The notes below the pieces were generated by a model that had not been told where the DNA came from, made no database searches, and saw only the letters and a list, made by a program, of their open reading frames with translations. Shown here in pieces: positions 53,694 through 64,000 of a stretch of 64,000 nucleotides of DNA. The stretch is from Octopus vulgaris (lineage: Eukaryota), in contig OX597815.1 in assembly GCA_951406725.2 (NCBI GenBank), positions 201,190,001 to 201,254,000 on the forward strand, given 5' to 3'. How positions within the stretch are numbered: the stretch's first letter is position 1; each line of letters begins with the position of its first letter. The translations under genes and the position numbers were made by a program.

Positions 53694-54781
53694 AAAAAAG
53701 AAAAATGCCCTAATAGCCGTCAACACTGTAGGGAACTGGAGAGAACTTCCATCAAATTCCCATTTGGTTTCATAGACAAAAGAAGAACCTGAATCTACCA
53801 TAGAGTCCACAGAGGAAATAGCGTTGAAATGATCCACAACATATGCTCAAGGATCCTTAAAACATACTTGTTCAGGGTAAATGATGCTACCATTCCTCTC
53901 GGATTTAACCTTTTTGGCTTCCACTTTTCAATTTCTTCAATTGTTTGTTCCAGCTGATTTGATATTTGATGAGTTGATGTAGTTAAGCATGGTAATAATT
54001 GATATGAAAGTCAATTTCACCATAAATCAATAAATAAAGCGCTAATAGCATTTAGCGTTTTCTAATTTTGGGTAATTTTATTCAATCGAAAGACAGATAT
54101 ATATGCATCTGCTTCCATAGTAACAAACCAAGCTGATACAAAACTGCTTAACCACGTGGTCATTTTTTCTTCTTAAATGTTTAAAACACATGAGGTATGA
54201 AGTAGTCGTGAGATGTGCTAAAAATAATAGGCCTTAAATCACGCACCAATTTCTTTCTTTTTTTTTGGTACGGAAATTTCGTATGAATTTCCGTGTGTAC
54301 AATAAAAATACGAAAATAAAGGGGATTATAGGGTGTGCATAAAGCAGAATTCCGCTAATATTTCGCTTTTTTATAGTTGGCAACACGAGCAGCAACGCAC
54401 AAAATGAAAGCTTTATAATCCTGTTTTACTCAATGGGTAAAGATTATCAATTTTTAAACTTCACCAATGTTTTTATTGTTCTGGAAAAAGTGAATTAGCT
54501 CCTAAGTTTCTGCGTGGATACTTACATCATTAAACCTAACTTTAAAATTTTCACTAAACTTTAAAATTCACGCAGATACAGTTAAATAGCAAAGATACTC
54601 CTCTATTCTACACTTATCGCTCTAGCCATAAATACTATAAACAATGCTAGACTCCCTGAAGAAATTGCTTTATGAGAACTGAAGGAAACCAGTGTTCAAT
54701 AACACACTTACATGCGCAGACAATCGTTAGGACATACGAATATATGTGTATGAATGTGTGTGTGTGTGTTTTGTGTGTGTG

Positions 54782-54829
<48 letters not shown>

Positions 54830-55194
54830 TGGGTGTGTGTGTGTCTTAAATAAAATGAGACAACAAAACCACGGCTGTGTAGATATAAATAAAGAGAAAG
54901 GTAGTCTTACTGCTGTTTCAAGGATATTGCTCTTACCCCCCTGAACTTCAACCTACCATGGTTTTATGAAATTTTTCACATATTTTTAATTGAGGGAAGT
55001 AAATTAAAAAACATAATTTTAGTTGATTGATATTATATTTAGGTTTTTATTCACATGATACGCTTTAGAATTATTAGTCGATTGTATATACCTTCTTGAT
55101 AGACCGTTCTATTTTATTCGTATTTTGATAAGCGTATACATCTTTTACCTTCTGTGTTTTTTTATATATCCATTCTTTTTATATGTTAAAGGCC

Positions 55195-55300
55195 GATCCG
55201 GTTCTTGACTGAAGATTGAAGGCTTCGAATGTCCCGTCCGTGTTTTTTGTATCGTCTTGTAAATGTTTTGCGTTCTTGTCCCAGTTTGTATTTTTTTACA
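55195..55300 (+). repeat. Copy of the 26185 repeat
   Basis: gatccggttcttgactgaagattgaaggcttcgaatg...aatgttttgcgttcttgtccc. Confidence 0.7.
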
Positions 55301-55357
55301 TATATATATATATATATATATATATAGCGACGCGCGTACCCTTTGTCTTCTATGTAA

Positions 55358-55437
<80 letters not shown>

Positions 55438-55998
55438 ATATACGGGCACATACATACATGCTTATATATGTATTATTAAAAAATTGAAAAGTTTAAGAAA
55501 TAAGACATTGGAAAGTCAAACAAGGTTGTTGTATATTACCTAAGGGGTGTTTGGTATATATAGCGTGGGGATTAAGGTTACATTTAGATTTTTGGTAAAA
55601 TGTTAAGGTATGAAGAAAGCATGTACCCTGGGCCTCATTACACTTATTTATTAGCGCTGAAGAGTTATGTTTTAAAATAAGGAATGCCTCTTTTAGTCAT
55701 AACTTTCAGGCTGAGCGTTGACCCTGTTATGGAAATTCCGATTCTGTTATGGACCATGACAAGTATTTGGAATATTCCTATTTTTGAGATGATGTGTATG
55801 ACAGGCGAGTGTTGAGGATTTACTGTATTGCTCATTTATAAAAGAAGTGAAATGCACAGCGTATAGTTGTTTATAATATTATAGTTGGTCCTATATATGG
55901 TTGTAGAATTGTGTAGCGTGTCGAGAACGGAGCGTTTGTAAATTACGTTCGACCAAGGCTGTGTGGAATGTATAAGATATTTATAAAAAAGAACAGTA

Positions 55999-56046
55999 GT
56001 CTTACAAATGTTTCTGGGGTATTGGGGATATCCTTTCATCAGAGAC
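55999..56046 (-). ncRNA. Type I hammerhead ribozyme, stem II partly decayed
   Basis: Minus strand: gtct-CTGATGA-aaggatat cccca atacccca-GAAA-catttg-TA-agac. Confidence 0.7.
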
Positions 56047-56325
56047 GATATGAGAGAGTTAACTAGAAGGAAATAACTGAGTTCAATATGAGGAGTTATT
56101 TTAGAAAAGGATGGATATAGGATGTATAAAGGAAAATAAGAGTAGTAAAATGTAAGTAATCAGCATAATAAGTTGGAATTTTCCTTGATATTTTGAGAAT
56201 GAATCAGCAAATTATTGTTTGGATTCCTGCTGTACTGCGTATATCTCATGAACTATACATACAACAGATACTCAAAACACCTCGTCTATTTTCATAAATG
56301 CATAATAATTTTTGTATTTTTCCAC

Positions 56326-56585
56326 CGGAAACTGAAAGAAGCCTGTCGTATATATGTATATATATATGTATGTGTGTGTATGTGTTTGTGTGTCTGTGTT
56401 TGTCTCCCTAGCATTGCTTGACAACCGATGCTGGTGTGTTTACGTCCCCGTCACTTAGCGGTTCGGCAAAAGAGACTGATAGAATAAGTACTGGGCTTAC
56501 AAAGAATAAGTCCCGGGGTCGATTTGCTCGACTAAATGTGGTGCTCCAGCATTGCCGCAGTCAAATGACTGAAACAGGTAAAAGT
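56326..56585 (+). mobile_element. SINE family A, 5'-truncated
   Basis: Matches the 3' two-thirds of the 53302 copy. Confidence 0.9.
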
Positions 56586-57214
56586 AAAAGTAAGTAAGTA
56601 TACAAACATACGCATAGGTCACGTTCATGTATGTTTCTTTCTATAACTGTGCAGTTATATTTCTGGAGTGGTTTTGGCAATTTAAGGTTTCTGAACGTCT
56701 ATAAAAATACATTCATATGCAAATGTATTCGGAGGAGCAATATCAGTAATACTATGAGACGATTTCATGAAAGCATAAGCTATACATAAACTAGCCCATT
56801 TAAGTATCAACAGGTTATCATTGATAATATAAATTTTCGTTTCGCAAAAGAAACAAATTCAAAATATATCTAGATGAATAAAATCTAATTAAAATTAAGA
56901 AACTGACAGATTCAATCACAGGATATAAGAGAATTACTCAAAAAGAATGTAGGGCAGCCAAACTAATACAAGATTGAAATTTAATGAAGAGGAAACAAGA
57001 AGAAAAACACAACTCTGTTGAAGTACATTAAATCGCAAGTTTTAGAATTTTATGATAAAACAACAAATTAAACTTGTCTATTGTTAGTGTCGAGACATCT
57101 ACTGGACATCAATTATTTAAAAGTACTTTTATGGCAATATATATAAAAAACTGTTACTTTATCTATGTTTATGTATGTACGTGTATGTGTATGTAAGCAT
57201 GTATGTATACATGC

Positions 57215-57265
<51 letters not shown>

Positions 57266-57292
57266 TATATATATTTATATATATATATATAG

Positions 57293-57338
<46 letters not shown>

Positions 57339-57351
57339 ACATACGTATATG

Positions 57352-57398
<47 letters not shown>

Positions 57399-57881
57399 CA
57401 TATATATATACACATACAGACATATATAAATATATATATATATGTGTGTGTGTGTGTATGTATGTAGATACCTATAAACTGTTTATAACTTCTCGATTGT
57501 CTGTATAAATTGGAAAGTATTTTCAGAGAGTTTCCGATTTACATTTTCCAAATTACGACGCTAGTATTTAATTTGAAAAAAACTATTCAATGTTATATTT
57601 ATGACGATACACTCTATCTATATATTTCTGAGTGAATTTTCATGCTATTATGTACTTCCAGATGAAAATTAGATAAAAAGGAAAAAAAAAAACTGAAGCT
57701 GAGACACGATGCTCTAGTGACAAATTCCTCTGCAATAATAGAAATATAGTACGGAGCATATATTTAATTTCTTAATATGTTCTCTCTCTTTCCTTCTCTC
57801 TAACACTGTCTCGCTCTCTCTGTCTCGTTCTCTTTATCTATCTATCCATCCATTTGTTTGTCTATCTATATACCTACCTAC

Positions 57882-58069
<188 letters not shown>

Positions 58070-58595
58070 TATATCGCTATATAAGTGTAAATATGTTTGT
58101 GAACATACGTTTGCGCCCATTTTTACCTATTCAGATGTATGTCCGAATATATATCTGTACATGCCCGTGTATACGTATATGTATATATGCGTCTGTGTGC
58201 CTTTAACTATATAAGTATATAGGTGCGTGTTGGTGCTTGTGTGTGTGAATGTATGCATATGTATATATATATACATGTGTTTATATATATCTGTGTATAC
58301 ACATGCATCTGTATCTGGGTATATGTGTAGGTGTATATGTATGTATATATATGTATACGTGAGTATGTGTACTCGTATGTGTATCTGTAAGAAAGCGTAC
58401 GTACGATTTTACTTCTAGGTATCCACATCAAGTGGTATGTATGTATATAGAAATACGCATGCGTGTATGTTTGTGTACATATATATGTATATAAAGTTAA
58501 TCCAAACAACAAAGCACAAAAAATAACACAACAACGCGAGGACGTGGAACAGATATAGTATTATTGGACGCTCAGGAAAGAAGGAAAGAAGGAGG

Positions 58596-58630
58596 GTTTA
58601 ACGTTTCGAGCGGAGCTCTTCGTCGGAAAC
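58596..58630 (-). ncRNA. Ultra-minimal hammerhead variant (CCGACGA core)
   Basis: Minus strand: gttt-CCGACGA-a-gagc tcc gctc-GAAA-cg-TT-aaac. Stem III is reduced to the palindrome AACGTT. It lies in an insert (~58495-58640) flanked by TA-rich repeats. Confidence 0.65.
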
Positions 58631-59454
58631 ATAGGAGAAATATGTATGTATATATGTTTCTTAGCATATATGTAAATATAATTGCGTGTGTATATATCTG
58701 CGTGCATATCATAAAGAAATGTATTCGTCATTATCTGCCTTTCTCTCTCTCGCCCTCTTTCGCTCTCCCTCCAGAGACACTCACACACGCACATACACGC
58801 ACGTGTACATAATCTCATTCACCTGTTACATATAACATGTTTCCTCGCTGTCCATCTTAATATGTCTCCGGTACATTGTTTCTTCAGCTTGTCAATTGTC
58901 GGTCTGCCCTTATGTAGAATAGCTGAATGACATATAGCAAAGGACTCTTCTTCTCTTTCTCTGTCGCATTCTTTCGGATTCTGTCACTTTCTATCTATCA
59001 CGATTCCCATACATATATTTACTAATGCGCTTTGTCACTTGTTTGCATATAAGTACTCCATACATCTTTCTTCATACAGATACACATTACATACATTGTT
59101 TCATCTAAATCTTCTTTTTCTTCACCTCAAACTCTAACTTTCACTTCCCGCATGTGCTTATGCATTTTTCTATGAGAATGAGAAATGAGAAATGCTTTTC
59201 CAAATAAAATTACACTTCAGATGTAATGTTCCAATGGAAGTATAGGGTGATACACAAGCACTCAGATGTAAGTAAGTTCTGCAAGCAGAAACAATTGTAA
59301 GCTAATGAAGATCATGATTTATCTTATTCCCATTCCTTTGTCATTTAATTAATTTCTTATTACTGCACTGTGCATGACTTACGCTTCTTTTTGAGGCACT
59401 TATATACTGAGTTCTAAAAGCAGGTTACTAGTGTAGTTATGCCGAAGTGAAATG

Positions 59455-59518
<64 letters not shown>

Positions 59519-59520
59519 AG

Positions 59521-59589
<69 letters not shown>

Positions 59590-59630
59590 CTACTACTACT
59601 ACTACTTATAATAATAATAATAATAATAAT
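59455..59630. repeat. (CTA)n-(ATA)n microsatellite
   Basis: Read directly from the sequence. Confidence 0.95.
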
Positions 59631-59732
59631 GGCTTCAACTTTTTGCACGAGGCAATCAATTTTGTGGAAGTTGTTAGTCGATTACATCTGCTATATTTGA
59701 ACCCAGAATGTAGACGGAGGAAATACTGTTAA
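59630..59732 (-). mobile_element. SINE family C fragment, internally deleted
   Basis: ttttgcacgaggc...gtcgattacatc...atttgaacccagaatgtag. Confidence 0.55.
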
Positions 59733-59760
59733 ACGTACACAATTTATATTCATAAATACA

Positions 59761-60290
59761 TCAACCAAGTACCTGATGCGCAAAAGGGATCGAGATGCAG
59801 GAAAAGCAGTAAAATGTGACAACTGTTGCAGATTTTGTGGAGTTAACACCGAAAGTATCATCCACATCATATGCAGTTGTTCGAAAATCTCATCACTGTA
59901 TTATCTACCGATGAGACATGATATTGTAGCTAAGACACTATAATGAAATCCGTCGGAAGGATTATCTCGAGGACAAAGAAATAAGAACCCACAGTATGGT
60001 AGAAGCCATAACCACTCATAATAAAAAGGAGTACTAGTGGAATGTTCTAGTGAAGACCTCAATAAAAGATAAGCACAAAAGGCCTGATATAATGCCTTGG
60101 GATAAGGAAGAGTAACTGTGCACAGTTGTGGAAATTAGTAGTCCAGTGAAAAAGAGAACACCTACGCCGAACTATTGAGACATCTGCAGTTACTCTATGT
60201 AAATTACAAGTTCAGGTATATACCGGTAATTATTGGAGCCCTGGGATATGTAACACACTGCCTAAATACCAATCTTTTGAAAATAGGCGT
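59761..60290 (+). mobile_element. R4/Dong-like non-LTR fragment with restriction-like endonuclease
   Basis: CRFCGVNTESIIHIICSC (CCHC), MRHDIVA (RHD), KRPDI..VVEISSP, IPVIIGALG. A probable 3' UTR piece lies at 60450-60560. Confidence 0.85.
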
Positions 60291-62552
60291 GTATATATAT
60301 ATATATATATATATAATACACACACACACGCACACACACACACACACATATATATATGAGCATGTCTAGATATGTAACTATATGCATGACAATACATACA
60401 TAAAGAAAAACATACAAATCTCCACATATACATATATACATACAGACAAAATCATATCCTGTTGTTGATATCGAAATTCCAATGAAGGAGTTTTGAATCC
60501 AGGTTAGAAACCGGCTTTTTCTTTATTGGCAAAAAATCTCGAAATAATATTGAATAATGACATATTCCGTTAATCGTACACGCCGTATATGCATATATAC
60601 ATTCATACATATGTATATAAAGATATGTATATGAACACATATATGTGTGCGCGTGTATGTGCGTGTGTGAGTGAGTGTGAAGTAGAGGGAGTGAATGTCT
60701 CGAGTATTCGCAAACAAATACAAAAAAAAAAATAAGGCAAGGAATAACACAATCCTCTAGCATGACAAATACTTTCGTCAACCCACATTACAGAAAATGT
60801 TCATTTAACAAAACCAACATGTTATCTTCGTGAAGGGTGTGCACCTGATATCTTCCATTAAAATATTCTTAGCAGATTGTCTCAAAAGCTCCTAATATTA
60901 GTTTTTGCGCTCAGTGCAATATTTGTCCATTATTTCAACACATCCTTCTTTGAACTGTCCGAAGTAAATGTTTAAGAGAACTCTTTGTGTTGCCAAAGTT
61001 TCCTTATCAATATGTAATTTAAATGTGTACTGTATATACATACTGAAATTATAACGGAATCACAACAATCATACATCGTGCCGAAATTTCTGAAGTCCCG
61101 ATAGAATTATTGTATAATAATAAGTTAAATCAGGTGATTTTATTGTTTACATAGAAACAAATGCAAATTCAATATCGATTGCCTCGTAACTTTATTTCAC
61201 TACATTTCTGCATACAATTTTCCTTTACAAATTTATGATCAGCACGTTATCTCATCTTACCAACGATGGCAACAGTAAATATTTTTATAGTTACTTAAAA
61301 GTTGCTGTGAATTAATCTCTATAGAAATGTTCTGGAATGAAAAAATAGCATCTTCATCCAATGTAGTAAAGATATACAACAAGGCATGATGTAGACAAAG
61401 TGGCTGTGAGGGATCGGTTTCTCATATACAAACACCCATTATCTATGTATCTCAGCTACATTGATATATCTTGATAAGTTATAAGCAAAGATTATATTCT
61501 GTGTTGTGTCTCATATGTTTCATTTTCATATCTCTTGGTGAAGATTACATTGTAAAGGGGAAATGTACATGCATAGAATATGTAAAAGAGGAAATTCAAT
61601 TCCATATATATCTGCAATCTTGCAATATCATAGCAACAAGTTCATCGCTATTCATTCCATGGTAACCTGTAAATTCTATGAATTAATCAATGTACCGAAC
61701 CACAGAATAAAATGGGATTATTCCAAAACATATTTGCAAATAAAAGAATTTCTTCAGAAGAGGAATAATTTCTGAAAGGTTAATGTTGAAAGTTGCATGT
61801 TTATTAGCATCTTTACAAGCGCAAAACCGGAAATAAATATATTTCACAGTCAGCTGTTAAATTTCATGGCGCTTTAAAGAAGAGAGGGATAAAATACTCT
61901 TGTTTCCAACATAAAGATGAAAGGAGTAACACAAAACAATCCGTTCAAAATTGATATCTGTGTAAATTTTCTTTCATTAGCACCGCTCTTACATCAAAGG
62001 AACGCACAGCGCAGAAAGTTTTAAAGTAAAATACGAGTAAGTTTATAGAAAGTTGCAAGCCACAAAGAAAAATACAGTTGATTTTGACAGACTTGTTCAC
62101 TGGACGGTATTCAAGTCTGAGATATGAGTGAACGAAAAGAAAATTAAACGAGAAATATATGGTAAAAAGAGACAGAGATGGAAGGATTCTAAGACAGAAT
62201 GAATGAATGGAAAAGAAACAGTAGGCGATGAAGACAATACATAGAGGAGAAGTAGATTCTGATGAGAAGTAGATGTGTGAGAGGGAAATACAAAGAGTGG
62301 AGAACGATAGGAAGAGGGAGGAGAGAAAGATTTAATCTCATTTCGCCGACAGGTATTTTGGCAGCAATTCTAACCTTATAAATGGGAGATAGCCAAAGTA
62401 ATCTGAATATCGACTTAGACATAAACACACACAAACGCATATTCGTACACATACGAATACATGCCGACACACTTTAACTCATACACAAATGTTATGTACA
62501 TATATACATATATATATTATTATTTTTATATATGTACCAATATGTATGTATG

Positions 62553-62611
<59 letters not shown>

Positions 62612-63004
62612 ACATACACACACATATATATATATATATATATACTCACACACATATATACATGTATGCATGTGTGTATATATACATACACACATACGTG
62701 TGTATATATTTATATATGCCTATGAATGAATCTATGGATGAAAACAAATATATAAGTATGCATACACAGACGTAAACATATACACAACCACGCGCAAACA
62801 CACACACACATCTCTGTCTGTGTATGCAATCTATTATGTATGTATATGTATAGATATATATTGTGTATGCGCATCTATTAATTTACATACACGTACGTAC
62901 ATATAAATCTATGTAAATATGTATGATATTTATATACTCATATATAATATATATTTGTATACAATTATAATAACTTATATATATATATATACATATACAT
63001 GTAC

Positions 63005-63039
<35 letters not shown>

Positions 63040-63151
63040 CATACATATTTGTGTGTATACATATATATATATATATGCCATATTTGTGTAATGTATAAGT
63101 GTGTCATTGAAATACATATATATGAACATCTCTCTACAAGCATAAGTACAA

Positions 63152-63211
<60 letters not shown>

Positions 63212-64000
63212 GCATACACACATATACGCATACACACATGCATATGTATTACAGAAAATTAAGTATGCTTCGAACACAGTCATATCTATGTATGTGATGT
63301 TCTTTGCTCGTGAATATATTTCTACTCATTTGGTAGGTCTATTTTCTAAAATGCAACGTCTGTGTTTCTACCTGAAAACAAGCACTTTCTTAAGTAGGAT
63401 CCATTATACTCTTGTTGTATATTCGTTATTGTCAATATTTATTGAAAATAATTTATGTGGGAAAACTGAATACGTTTATTCATTGCTTGTTTAATATATA
63501 TCCCGTATCCAACGAAATATGTTTTTGTGTATATGTGTATAGAGAATATGTCTACAGTTCTTACGTCCTTCTGTCTATCAATTATTGTTTACTTGATATC
63601 ATAAACTATATTTTTCTTTTACTTTCTAATACATGACATTTCTATACTGTCTTCATCTCGTATATACCATCTGCGAGAAAATCTTTGGTGCACTTCTCAA
63701 ATTTCACGAGACTTAAGGTTTATTAATCGCATTAGTTCCGATTTCATACACGTGTGAGTCTATCGACAGCCCAGGATCTCCCAGCCATTTAGTCTTATAG
63801 ATACATCTATGGTTCTTTTCGTGTTACGTATTACTTCTAATGTTAAGTGCATCATGAGCTGAATTGCTTTGCCTGAGATCGCAACGTGGTCTCTGAAATG
63901 TTGAATCAAGTCTACAAGACAGCCATCGTGATTTCGACTTAATATATTAATTCTGGCTCGACACCACAGTGATAACATATCGGTGACAAATTTGAGGCAT

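Noticed and set aside
53700-54000. Coding-like stretch on the minus strand (similar cases at 19400-19750, 23130-23350, 61471-61665, 63760-64000)
   Set aside because: Stops or short frames and no recognisable family; cannot be supported without a homology search.
54650-54705. CTGAAGA...GAAAccagtgTT
   Set aside because: Stems I and II do not pair convincingly.
62255-62295. CTGATGA...GAAA
   Set aside because: Purine-rich tract with no pairing.

Overview
AT-rich eukaryotic DNA dense in microsatellites ((TA)n, (TAGA)n, (CA)n, trinucleotides). The SINE and microsatellite content resembles a coleoid cephalopod such as Octopus (inference). No host gene can be identified with confidence, and most ORFs in the supplied track are microsatellite artefacts. 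The only long real ORF (28616-30382) is a 5'-truncated Penelope-like element (PLE, Neptune-type) with RT and GIY-YIG endonuclease. The window also holds decayed PLE, CR1/L2-like, RTE, R4/Dong-like, Gypsy and mariner fragments, a Helentron/HINE-like element and many tRNA-derived SINEs. The main hidden signal is a set of short inserts, mostly in or next to (TA)n tracts, that are PLE pseudo-LTR (pLTR) remnants from several unrelated families. Six carry readable minimal type I hammerhead ribozymes with a palindromic or near-palindromic stem III (5891+, 10686-, 24508+, 34681-, 55999-, 58596-), and a few more are variant or degraded. One rearranged copy has its inversion junction exactly at the predicted ribozyme cut site. 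A 3.6-kb non-coding, repeat-built element ends in one of the hammerheads. All folds and alignments were done by eye.
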